Positions 6,547-16,349 of a stretch of DNA of 28,118 bases are shown here, piece after piece. The notes beneath the pieces are model-generated. The model did not search any database and had not been told where the DNA came from. It worked only from the letters and a program-made list of their open reading frames with translations. The DNA comes from Rhodocyclales bacterium (GTDB lineage: Bacteria > Pseudomonadota > Gammaproteobacteria > Burkholderiales > Rhodocyclaceae), in contig JACOUN010000036.1 of assembly GCA_016177805.1 (NCBI GenBank), forward strand, positions 1-28,118, given 5' to 3'. Numbering within the stretch: the first letter of the stretch is position 1; the number at the start of each line of letters is the position of its first letter. Made by a program: the position numbers and the translations under genes.

Positions 6547-8139
6547 ATGAAGAAGACGGTGGTGATCGGTTTTCTCGGGACTCAGCTCGACTACTCGGGG
6601 AATGGGGCCAAGCGGTGGGAGAGGTGGCGCCCCACCGTCAGCCTGTGCCAGCACGACGATCTGCTGGTGAGCCGGCTGGAACTGCTGCACGATGCACGTC
6701 GCCGGGGGTTGGCCGAGCGCGTCGCGCTCGACATCGCCAGCGTTTCACCGGAAACGCAAGTGCGCCGGGTTGAAACCGCGATCCGCGACCCGTGGGATTT
6801 CGAGGAGGTGTACACCGCGCTGCACGACTACGCGCGCGGCTACCCGTTCGACGTGGATAACGAGGACTACCTGATCCACATCACCACCGGCACCCACGTG
6901 GCGCAGATCTGCTGGTTCCTGCTGGCCGAGGCGCATTACCTGCCGGCACGGCTGCTGCAGACCTCGCCGCCACGCAAGCAGGCGCCGGCCGATTCGGTGG
7001 GCAGCTACACCCTGATCGATCTGGATCTGTCGCGTTACAACAAGATCGCGCAACGCTTCAGGCGTGAAGCCGAAGAAACCGTGACCCAGCTCAAGTCCGG
7101 CATCGCCACGCGCAACGCGCGCTTCAACGACATGATTGCGCAGATCGAGCACGTCGCCGGGCGCTCCTCCGCGCCGATGCTGCTCATCGGCCCGACCGGG
7201 GCGGGCAAGTCGTTTCTGGCCCGGCGCATCTTTGAGCTGAAGGTGCAGCGTCAGCGTTTCGCGGGTCGCTTCGTCGAAATCAACTGCGCCACGTTGCGCG
7301 GCGATTCAGCCATGTCGGCGCTGTTCGGTCACGTCAAGGGGGCGTTCACCGGGGCGCAGAGCGAGCGGCCGGGGTTGTTGCGTTCGGCGCATCAGGGGTT
7401 GCTGTTTCTCGATGAAATCGGGGAATTGGGCCTGGATGAGCAGGCCATGCTGCTCAAGGCGGTCGAGGAGAAACGCTTCTTCCCGTTCGGCGGCGACCGC
7501 GAGGTGGATAGCGACTTCCAGCTCATCGCCGGAACCCACCGCGATCTGCGGCAATGGGTGGCCGAAGGCCGTTTTCGCGAAGACCTCTACGCCCGCATCA
7601 ATCTGTGGACCTTCGATCTGCCGGGGTTGGCGGCGCGGCGCGAAGACATCGAACCGAACATCGATTTTGAACTGCGCCGCTATGCCGAAGCCGAAAACCA
7701 GCAGGTGCGCTTCAACGTCGAAGCGCGTCAGGCTTACTTGCGCTTCTGCAGCTCTGCCGAAGCGCGCTGGCCCGGCAATTTCCGCGAGCTGTCCGCGTCG
7801 ATCACGCGCCTGGCGACGCTAAGCGATGCGGGGCGCATCACCGTCGAGCATGTGCACGAGGAGATCGCCCGCCTGCGCCGCAGTTGGGGGGGGGATGAGT
7901 CCGGGGGCGGAGTGCTGAGCGCATTGCTGGGTGAGCGTGCGGAACAGATCGATCTGTTCGATCGCGCCCAGTTGTCCGCCGTGATCGCGGTGTGCCAGGC
8001 GTCGAACAGCCTGTCCGACGCCGGGCGCAAGCTGTTCGCGGTGTCACGTCAGGGAAAGAAGCAGCCCAACGACGCGGACCGGCTGCGCAAGTATCTGGCG
8101 CGATTCGGTCTGGATTGGGCTGCGCTCAGCGGCGCTTGA
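6547..8139 (+). CDS. rtcR: RtcR: a sigma54-dependent transcriptional activator with an N-terminal CARF domain, a AAA+ sigma54-interaction domain and a C-terminal HTH.
   Basis: The N-terminus (MKKTVVIGFLGTQLDYSGNGAKRWERWRPT...IASVSPETQV...PWDFEEVY...YLIHITTGTHVAQICWFLLAEA) matches my recollection of E. coli RtcR. Walker A GPTGAGKS and an ESELFGH-like SALFGH motif are present. Confidence 0.95.
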   Translation: MKKTVVIGFLGTQLDYSGNGAKRWERWRPTVSLCQHDDLLVSRLELLHDARRRGLAERVALDIASVSPETQVRRVETAIRDPWDFEEVYTALHDYARGYPFDVDNEDYLIHITTGTHVAQICWFLLAEAHYLPARLLQTSPPRKQAPADSVGSYTLIDLDLSRYNKIAQRFRREAEETVTQLKSGIATRNARFNDMIAQIEHVAGRSSAPMLLIGPTGAGKSFLARRIFELKVQRQRFAGRFVEINCATLRGDSAMSALFGHVKGAFTGAQSERPGLLRSAHQGLLFLDEIGELGLDEQAMLLKAVEEKRFFPFGGDREVDSDFQLIAGTHRDLRQWVAEGRFREDLYARINLWTFDLPGLAARREDIEPNIDFELRRYAEAENQQVRFNVEARQAYLRFCSSAEARWPGNFRELSASITRLATLSDAGRITVEHVHEEIARLRRSWGGDESGGGVLSALLGERAEQIDLFDRAQLSAVIAVCQASNSLSDAGRKLFAVSRQGKKQPNDADRLRKYLARFGLDWAALSGA

Positions 8140-8185
8140 GGGGCGTGCGCGGCTGAGCTGTTCGTCGACGCCCGGTGTGCGGCTG

Positions 8186-8210
8186 TCGCGGCTGAAGCCG
8201 CTTCTGCGGA
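8186..8210. terminator. Candidate bidirectional hairpin between the convergent rtcR and the 141-aa gene.
   Basis: GCGGC-tgaa-GCCGC followed by TTCT, overlapping CCGC-ttct-GCGG. It is short and weak. Confidence 0.2.
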
Positions 8211-8260
8211 CACGCAGTCCGGTTGCCTCGCAGGAGGAGCTTCAGCCCCGAACACACTGC

Positions 8261-8686
8261 TCAGACGAAACGAACCGGCAGGCCCTGCTTGTCGAACGCG
8301 AGGAAGCGCTGGATCTGGCCGTTCTCGATGTTCTTGACCATCAGTTCCAGCGCCTGCTGGGCTTGTTCGCTGGTCAGCGGGATGCCGTTCTGACCGTCCA
8401 GCGCGGCGACGAACATGACGTGCCAGTCGCGCCCGGTGGCCCTGGATTCGTCCAGCAGCGCGGCGAAGTTGGCGACTTCTTCCTGGGCCTTGTCCACGTA
8501 CATCACCGGCGAGAGCGTGCCGCCCTGGCCGCGCGAGTAGCGTTGGGCTTCGTCCGGGGTGTGTTCGCCGGGCAGTTCGGCGGTCGTGAACACGAACAGC
8601 AGCCGTTGCGGTTCGGCTTGCTGGGCGGCGACGAGCAGGAAGTCGTCGAAATGGGTCAGTTCCATGATGGCGTCCGTTGCGGGCAA
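8261..8686 (-). CDS. Hypothetical protein (about 134-141 aa), acidic and soluble.
   Basis: The ORF reads [16 protein letters not shown]...[30 protein letters not shown]. The start is either ATG 8686 or ATG 8665. It converges on rtcR. I recognise no family. Confidence 0.55.
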   Translation of the reverse strand: MPATDAIMELTHFDDFLLVAAQQAEPQRLLFVFTTAELPGEHTPDEAQRYSRGQGGTLSPVMYVDKAQEEVANFAALLDESRATGRDWHVMFVAALDGQNGIPLTSEQAQQALELMVKNIENGQIQRFLAFDKQGLPVRFV

Positions 8687-8780
8687 AAGCGGAATTTTAC
8701 GCGAGCCGGTGCGGCCTTGCCCGTCCGCCCGCCGGATTTGTTGGTGGTGTGCCCAACATCACAACCGCCGCACCTCTGGT

Positions 8781-9709
<929 letters not shown>

Positions 9710-9713
<4 letters not shown>

Positions 9714-10471
9714 ACCTGTACGCGATCCGTGCCATCTACCGCTTTGAAATGGCCCGCGCGTGGCGCACGCTGACGCAAAGCATCATCTCGCCGGTGCTGT
9801 CGACCTCGCTCTACTTCGTGGTGTTCGGCGCGGCGATCGGTTCGCGCATTCCCGAGGTGGAAGGGGTGAGCTACGGCAGTTTCATCGTGCCGGGGCTGAT
9901 GATGCTGGCGCTGCTGACCCAGAGCATCGCCAACGCCTCGTTCGGCATATTCTTTCCGCGCTTCACCGGCGCGATCTACGAGGTGCTGTCGGCGCCCGTG
10001 TCGTACCTGGAAATCGTGGTGGCCTACGTCGGGGCGGCGGCGACCAAGTCGCTGGTTCTCGGGGTCATCATCTTGATCACGGCGAGCCTGTTCGTGCCGC
10101 TGCGCATCGAGCATCCTCTGTGGATGGTGCTGTTCCTGCTGCTGACCACCGTGACCTTCAGCCTGCTCGGCTTCATCATCGGCATCTGGGCGGACAACTT
10201 CGAGAAGCTGCAACTGGTGCCGATGCTGGTCGTCACCCCGCTGACCTTCCTCGGCGGCACCTTCTACTCGATCAGCATGCTGCCGCCGTTCTGGCAGACC
10301 GTGACCCTGTTCAACCCGGTGGTGTATCTGGTGAGCGGCTTTCGCTGGAGCTTCTTCGGCATTGCCGATGTCGAACCGGCGCTGAGCCTGGGCATGACCT
10401 TGTTGTTCCTCGGGGTGTGCGTCGCCATCGTGGCGTGGATATTCAGGACCGGCTACCGGCTCAAGCCGTGA
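9710..10471 (+). CDS. ABC-2-type transporter permease (YadH-like), 6 TM.
   Basis: Hydrophobic 253-aa product. Its start overlaps the ATPase stop (ATGA). The ABC-2 family is assigned from size and topology. Confidence 0.88.
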
Positions 10472-10557
10472 CGGGCGCCGACCGTTGCATGCTCCGTCAT
10501 CGCGCTGCAACCTTGCTGCCATGTGACTGACATGATCGCCGCGCACACTGCGCGGCA

Positions 10558-11370
10558 ATGCGATTCAAAACAGTCTTCATCTCCGATGTCCACCTGGGTA
10601 CGCGAGCGTGCCAGGCGGGCCGTCTGCTTGATTTCCTGCGCCACCATCCATGTGATCAGCTCTATCTGGTGGGCGACATCATCGACTTCTGGTCCATGTC
10701 GCGCGGCATCCACTGGACGCGCGAGCAGAACACGGTGGTGCAGAAGGTGTTGCGCATGGCGCGTCACGGCACTCGGGTGTGGTTCATCCCCGGCAACCAT
10801 GACGAGGCCCTGCGCGACTACTGCGGATCGGTCTTCGGCGACATCCACCTGCTTGACGAAGCCATCCACACGACCGCCGACGGGCGTCGTTTGCTGGTGG
10901 TGCACGGCGACGCGTTCGACCAGGTCACCTACCACCACCGCTGGGTCGCGGTGCTGGGGGACATCGGCTACAACACCCTGGTACGCCTGAACATCTGGCT
11001 CTCGCGGATGCGGCGGTTGCTCGGAATCAGCGGCTACTGGTCGCTGGCGGGCTACGCCAAGCAGAAGGTCAAGCGCGCGCTCGAATTCGTGTTCGATTTC
11101 GAGGATTCGGTGATCCATCACGTGCGTGATCGCGAACTCGATGGTGTGGTGTGCGGACACATCCACTGGCCCGCCGTCAAGGACTGCGACGGCACGCTCT
11201 ACGCCAACTGCGGCGACTGGGTGGACTCGTGCTCGGCGCTGGTCGAGGACGCAAGCGGTGCCTTGCGAGTGGTGCGCTGGCACCCCGGCATGTCACAGCC
11301 GGTCATCGAAGAGCCGGTGGGCGAGGTGCCTGAAGTCGTACCCGAGGAGGAGGCCGCATGCGTGTCCTGA
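10558..11370 (+). CDS. LpxH-like calcineurin-type metallophosphoesterase (UDP-2,3-diacylglucosamine diphosphatase family).
   Basis: The N-terminus FISDVHLG, then GDIIDFW, GNHDE, HGD and a GHIHWPA motif. The stop overlaps the GT4 start by 13 nt. Confidence 0.8.
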   Translation: MRFKTVFISDVHLGTRACQAGRLLDFLRHHPCDQLYLVGDIIDFWSMSRGIHWTREQNTVVQKVLRMARHGTRVWFIPGNHDEALRDYCGSVFGDIHLLDEAIHTTADGRRLLVVHGDAFDQVTYHHRWVAVLGDIGYNTLVRLNIWLSRMRRLLGISGYWSLAGYAKQKVKRALEFVFDFEDSVIHHVRDRELDGVVCGHIHWPAVKDCDGTLYANCGDWVDSCSALVEDASGALRVVRWHPGMSQPVIEEPVGEVPEVVPEEEAACVS

Positions 11371-12557
11371 TGCTCAGCGATGTGTACTTCCCGCGTATCA
11401 ACGGGGTGTCCACCTCGATCCAGACCTTTCGCCAGCGCTTGCCCGAGCATGGCATCGCCACCACCCTCGTCGCCCCGGTCTACGGCGGCGAAGGCGAGGG
11501 GGCGGATGACGTGATACGCATTGCCGGGCGCGCGGTGCCGGGCGACCCGGAGGACCGCATCATGCGCTGGCGCGACGCCTGCCGGGCGGTGGACCGCATG
11601 CCGCTGGACGACTACGACGCGATCCATATCCAGACCCCGTTTCTCGCCCACTACCTCGGTGTGCGCCTGCGCCGCCGCACCGGCTTGCCGACCCTCGTCA
11701 CCTATCACACGCTGTTCGAGGACTATCTGCATCACTACGCGCCATGGCTGCCCCGTGCCGCGCTGCGCGCGCTCGCGCGCCGGTTGTCGTGCCGCCAGTG
11801 CAACGGGGTTGATGCGGTGATCGCGCCGTCGACCGCGATGGCCGGGCGTCTGCGCGAGTACGGCGTGCAAAGTCCGGTGCACGTCCTGCCCACCGGCATA
11901 CCGGTCGCGCATTACGCCAAGGGCAGCGGCGCGCGCTTTCGCGCCCGCCACGGGCTCGATCCCGCGCGTCCGCTGGCGCTGTACGTGGGGCGTCTGGCGT
12001 TCGAGAAGAACCTGCACTTCCTGCTCGACGTCGCCGAGCATGCGCGTGGCATGGGGTCGGACGTGTGCATGTTGCTGGCGGGTGACGGGCCGGCCAACGC
12101 CGCGCTGCGCGACGCGGTCAAGCGCCGGGGGCTGGGCGGGCAGGTCGCCTTCGCCGGCTATCTGTCGCGCGATGACGAACTGCCCGACTGCTATGCCGCC
12201 GCCGATGCGTTCGTGTTTGCCTCCAAGACCGAAACCCAGGGTCTGGTCCTGCTCGAAGCCATGGCGGCCGGGGTTCCCGTGGTGTGCCTGCGCGAGATGG
12301 GGGTGCGGGATGTGGTGGCCAACTGTGCGGCGGCCCGCACCCCGCCGGACGACGCGCCTGCCTTCGCCCGCGCGCTGCTCGACCTGCTGGCCGATCCGGC
12401 ACGTGGTACGGTCCTGGCGGATGCGGCGCGACAACATGCGGCGCAGTGGTCCGATACCGCCATGGCGGCGCGCCTGGCGACGTTGTATCGCCAGCTCGCG
12501 CCACGTTCCGCGCGCGCAGCTCACCTGCCCTTGCAGGGCAAACCGCTCGAAGGTTGA
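11358..12557 (+). CDS. Family 4 (GT-B) glycosyltransferase.
   Basis: The product starts MRVLMLSDVYFPRINGVS and carries the EX7E-like region FASKTETQGLVLLEAMAAGVPVV. A strong GAGGAGGAGG SD lies inside the upstream gene's 3' end. Confidence 0.88.
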   Translation: MRVLMLSDVYFPRINGVSTSIQTFRQRLPEHGIATTLVAPVYGGEGEGADDVIRIAGRAVPGDPEDRIMRWRDACRAVDRMPLDDYDAIHIQTPFLAHYLGVRLRRRTGLPTLVTYHTLFEDYLHHYAPWLPRAALRALARRLSCRQCNGVDAVIAPSTAMAGRLREYGVQSPVHVLPTGIPVAHYAKGSGARFRARHGLDPARPLALYVGRLAFEKNLHFLLDVAEHARGMGSDVCMLLAGDGPANAALRDAVKRRGLGGQVAFAGYLSRDDELPDCYAAADAFVFASKTETQGLVLLEAMAAGVPVVCLREMGVRDVVANCAAARTPPDDAPAFARALLDLLADPARGTVLADAARQHAAQWSDTAMAARLATLYRQLAPRSARAAHLPLQGKPLEG

Positions 12558-12609
12558 CCCGATTGCGCGGCGTCGGGGCGCTGGCTGGGGTGAGGTGGTG
12601 CGGAGGCAC

Positions 12610-13140
12610 TCAGAACGACTGGCCGGGACTCGGGGCCGAGACTGGCGGCGGCCCGCTTTGCGGCATCCAGAAGTGTGGATCGACCGGACCGCTGGTCAGC
12701 ACCAGCACCGCCAGCAGCGACAGGGTGGCACCGAGCGTGAGCACGGTGCGCAGCGGCAGATACCAGTGGGGGATGGCGCGGCTCTGGGCCAGATGCACGT
12801 CCAGGCCGTAGTGCACCCAATACACCGCCAGCAGCACCCCGATGTCCAGCCCCACCGGCAGCAGCATCGCGCTCCAGCCCGCCAGCGCCGGGATCACGCT
12901 CCAGCCCATCAAACGCCACTGATCGGTACGGGAGGTGCGCGGCATCATCATCGCGAAGCCCCAGTGCAACGCGCCGATGAAGGTGAGTATGGTCGCGCCG
13001 TAGCCCACCAGTGCGACGTGCACGAAGGCGCTGCCACTGGGGGTACGCACCCGCCATATGGCGAGCGCGACGAAGATGACCAGCCCACCCACTCCAAGCC
13101 AGCGAGCAGCGGACGGTAGCGGAGCGGGGATGCGTTGCAT
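12610..13140 (-). CDS. DUF3429-family membrane protein (about 176 aa).
   Basis: The product reads MQRIPAPLPSAARWLGVGGLVIFVALAIW...GALHWGF, typical of DUF3429. An AGGAGG SD precedes ATG 13140. The six-frame ORF extends further, but the upstream ATGs lack an SD. Confidence 0.75.
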   Translation of the reverse strand: MQRIPAPLPSAARWLGVGGLVIFVALAIWRVRTPSGSAFVHVALVGYGATILTFIGALHWGFAMMMPRTSRTDQWRLMGWSVIPALAGWSAMLLPVGLDIGVLLAVYWVHYGLDVHLAQSRAIPHWYLPLRTVLTLGATLSLLAVLVLTSGPVDPHFWMPQSGPPPVSAPSPGQSF

Positions 13141-13361
13141 GGCTGCCTCCTGTGCTGTTGTTGGTATGACACGGTGGCAGCGGTTGCGTTCGTGTCCGCA
13201 CTGTCCGGCGATCCGGCACCGGAGCTGCGTGCGCATGCGGGCCGCGTTGCAGCAATGGTCGCGGACCAGTCATGCATGTCCGGAATCATATCGTCGTTCG
13301 TCTTGGCGTTTCGCGTTTTGCGCGCCGGATCAAAAAACTGGCGTTGTTACGATTCGCTACA

Positions 13362-13384
13362 TTGCGCAAACAGTTGCGCAAACA
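13362..13384. promoter_or_regulatory. Tandem 11-bp direct repeat TTGCGCAAACA (x2), each containing the palindrome TTGCGCAA. A candidate operator in the divergent intergenic region.
   Basis: aTTGCGCAAACAgTTGCGCAAACAtgg. The palindrome centres are 12 bp apart. It lies about 160 bp upstream of the acyl-CoA ligase start and about 220 bp upstream of the DUF3429 start. Confidence 0.4.
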
Positions 13385-13539
13385 TGGCTTGCGAGACTCC
13401 AGTCACAGAGAAGAGTGCGCGGCCGCATTGCAGCCGGACGCATCGTCACTTGCGACATCGGGGGGTGTCGCGGCCGACAGTCCGGACCCGGTCCGAGGTC
13501 GGTGGATGTACGGGGAACTTATCAAAGGAGGATCTGGGA

Positions 13540-15516
13540 ATGTCCGATACTACCGGGCAAACGGCGCACGCCAATACGCTCGACACCTTTCCGCGCCTGC
13601 TGATGCAGCACGCGAAGACCAGGCCCAACCGGCCGGCGATGCGCGAGAAGGCATACGGAATCTGGCAGACCCATAGCTGGGCCGAGGTCGCGCGCAATGT
13701 GCGCGCCATCGCCTGCGGACTGGCCGAGCTGGGTTTCAAGCGCGGCGATCGTCTCGCCATCATCGGGGACAACCGCCCGCGCCTGTACTGGTCCATTGCC
13801 GCCTGCCAGTGCCTGGGTGGCATTCCGGTGCTGCTGTACCAGGATGCGGTGGCCGAGGAAATGGCCTACGTGCTGCAGGATGCCGAGATCAAGTTTGCCG
13901 TGGTCGAGGATCAGGAGCAGGTCGACAAGATGCTGGAGATCCAGCCCGACGTGCCGTTGCTCCAGCATGTCATCTATGACGATGCGCGAGGCATGCGCCA
14001 CTACACCCAGACCCTGCTGCTGGGGCTGGATGAGCTGGAGGAGATGGGGCGCATCCATGATCGCAACCAGAGCGATTTTCTCGACGCCGAGATCGACAAG
14101 GGGTCGAGCGACGACATCTCGGTGATGTTGTACACGTCTGGCACCACCGGCAAGCCCAAGGGGGTGTGCCAGACGCATGGCGCCTTCATTGCCGCCGCGC
14201 GCGGCGGGGTGCAGTTCGACAACCTCAACGAAGAGGACGACATCCTGTCCTACCTGCCGATGGCGTGGGTGGGGGATCACCTGTTCTCGTATGCGCAGGC
14301 CATGGTGGCCGGTTTCACCATCAACTGCCCGGAGTCGGGCGAGACGGTCATGACCGATCTGCGCGAGATCGGCCCGACCTATTACTTCGCGCCGCCGCGC
14401 GTGTTCGAGAACCTGCTGACCACCGTCATGATCCGCATGGAGGATGCCGGCTGGTTCAAGCGCAAGATTTTCCACTACGCGATGGCGGTCGCGCGCCGCT
14501 GCGGCGCCGAGATTCTCGACGGCAAGCCGGTGGCGAGCGGTGAGCGGTTGCAATACTGGTTGAGCAATTTGCTGGTGTTCGGGCCGTTGAAGAACGTGCT
14601 CGGCCTGAGCCGCGTGCGCGTGGCGTACACCGCTGGTGCGGCGATCGGACCTGATCTGTTCCGTTTCTATCGTTCGATCGGCATCAACCTCAAGCAGTTG
14701 TATGGCCAGACCGAGACTTGCGCCTACGTGTGCCTGCAGCCGGACGGCGAGATCAAGCTTGATTCGGTGGGCAAGCCCGCACCGTTCGTCGAGGTCAAGC
14801 TCGCCGACAACGGCGAGATCCTGGTCAAGGGGCCGATGCTGCTCAAGGCCTATTACAAGCGCCCCGATGCCACGGCCGAGTCGATCAACGCCGATGGTTA
14901 CTTCCTGACGGGGGACGCCGGGTTCTTCGACCAGGACGGGCATCTGAAGATCATCGACCGGGCCAAGGACGTGGGCAGGCTCACCAGCGGGGCGATGTAT
15001 GCGCCCAACTTCATCGAGAACAAGCTCAAGTTCTTCCAGCACGTCAAGGAGGCGGTGGCCTTCGGCAACGGTCGTGATTCGGTGACCGCATTCATCAACA
15101 TCGACCTCGAAGCGGTGGGCAACTGGGCCGAGCGCAAGGGCATGGCTTATTCCGGCTACACCGATCTGGCGCAGATGGCGCCGGTGTACGAGTTGATCCG
15201 CGACTGCATTGAAAAGGTCAACGCCGAACTGGCCTCCGACCCGATGATGAGCGGATCACAGGTCACGCGCTTCCTGATCCTGCACAAGGAACTCGATGCC
15301 GATGACGGCGAGCTGACGCGCACGCGCAAGGTTCGGCGCAATTTCATCGCGGAGCGCTACGCCGTGCTGATCGATGCCCTGTATTCGGGCAATCCCAGCC
15401 AGTACGTCGAAACCGAAGTCAAATACGAAGACGGCCGCACCGGCAAGATTGCCGCGACGCTGCGCATTGAAGACGTCAAGACATTCGCGCCGCAGGCCGC
15501 GAAGTCGGCCGCTTGA
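13540..15516 (+). CDS. Long-chain-fatty-acid/aromatic-acid--CoA ligase (AMP-binding superfamily), 658 aa.
   Basis: AAAGGAGGA SD precedes ATG 13540. The AMP-binding motif is YTSGTTGKPKGV, with a YGQTE motif. The six-frame ORF 13135..15516 is over-extended upstream. Confidence 0.9.
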   Translation: MSDTTGQTAHANTLDTFPRLLMQHAKTRPNRPAMREKAYGIWQTHSWAEVARNVRAIACGLAELGFKRGDRLAIIGDNRPRLYWSIAACQCLGGIPVLLYQDAVAEEMAYVLQDAEIKFAVVEDQEQVDKMLEIQPDVPLLQHVIYDDARGMRHYTQTLLLGLDELEEMGRIHDRNQSDFLDAEIDKGSSDDISVMLYTSGTTGKPKGVCQTHGAFIAAARGGVQFDNLNEEDDILSYLPMAWVGDHLFSYAQAMVAGFTINCPESGETVMTDLREIGPTYYFAPPRVFENLLTTVMIRMEDAGWFKRKIFHYAMAVARRCGAEILDGKPVASGERLQYWLSNLLVFGPLKNVLGLSRVRVAYTAGAAIGPDLFRFYRSIGINLKQLYGQTETCAYVCLQPDGEIKLDSVGKPAPFVEVKLADNGEILVKGPMLLKAYYKRPDATAESINADGYFLTGDAGFFDQDGHLKIIDRAKDVGRLTSGAMYAPNFIENKLKFFQHVKEAVAFGNGRDSVTAFINIDLEAVGNWAERKGMAYSGYTDLAQMAPVYELIRDCIEKVNAELASDPMMSGSQVTRFLILHKELDADDGELTRTRKVRRNFIAERYAVLIDALYSGNPSQYVETEVKYEDGRTGKIAATLRIEDVKTFAPQAAKSAA

Positions 15517-15530
15517 GGAGGGGGTAATTC

Positions 15531-16313
15531 ATGGCAAGAGAGATCGGCGAGGTCATCCTTGACCTGCAGAACATCTCGCTGCGCTTCGGCGGGGTGAAAG
15601 CGCTGACCGATATCAGTTTCAACGTCCGCAAGCACGAGATCCGCGCGATCATCGGGCCCAACGGCGCGGGCAAGAGTTCCATGCTCAACGTGATCAACGG
15701 GGTCTATCACCCCCAGGAAGGCACGATCATGTTCCACGGCAAGCCGCGCAAGGACATGGAGCCGCACATGGCGGCCTCGCAGGGCATCGCGCGCACGTTC
15801 CAGAACATTGCGCTGTTCAAGGGCATGAGCGTGCTCGACAACATCATGACCGGGCGCAACCTGATGATGAAGAGCAATTTCCTGCAGCACGCGCTGTTTC
15901 TGGGCAGCGCCCGGCGCGAGGAAATCGAGCATCGCAAGAAGGTCGAGGAGGTCATCGAGTTTCTCGAGATCCAGAGCATACGCAAGACGCCAGTGGGGCG
16001 GCTGCCCTACGGTCTGCAAAAGCGGGTGGAGCTGGCGCGGGCGCTGGCGGCCGAGCCCAGCCTGCTGCTGCTGGACGAACCCATGGCGGGCATGAACGTC
16101 GAGGAAAAGCAGGACATGTGCCGCTTCGTGCTCGACGTCAATGACCAGTTCGGCACCACCATCGTGCTGATCGAACACGACATGGGCGTAGTCATGGACA
16201 TCTCCGACCGGGTGGTCGTGCTGGACTATGGCAAGAAGATAGGCGACGGCGTGCCCGACGAGGTCAAGAACGACCCGGCGGTGATCGAAGCCTACCTTGG
16301 CACATCGCACTGA
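15531..16313 (+). CDS. livG: Branched-chain-amino-acid-type ABC transporter ATP-binding protein (LivG-like).
   Basis: GPNGAGKSS, LPYGLQKRVELARAL and LLLLDEPMAGM. A GAGGAGGGGG SD is present. Confidence 0.9.
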   Translation: MAREIGEVILDLQNISLRFGGVKALTDISFNVRKHEIRAIIGPNGAGKSSMLNVINGVYHPQEGTIMFHGKPRKDMEPHMAASQGIARTFQNIALFKGMSVLDNIMTGRNLMMKSNFLQHALFLGSARREEIEHRKKVEEVIEFLEIQSIRKTPVGRLPYGLQKRVELARALAAEPSLLLLDEPMAGMNVEEKQDMCRFVLDVNDQFGTTIVLIEHDMGVVMDISDRVVVLDYGKKIGDGVPDEVKNDPAVIEAYLGTSH

Positions 16314-16349
16314 CCCCGGCCCGCGACTTGGGATATTGAGGAGATAACA

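Noticed and set aside
13135-13539. N-terminal 135-codon extension of the acyl-CoA ligase ORF
   Set aside because: It overlaps the divergent DUF3429 gene start, has no SD, and the conserved ligase N-terminus begins at MSDTTGQ, where a perfect AAAGGAGGA SD sits.
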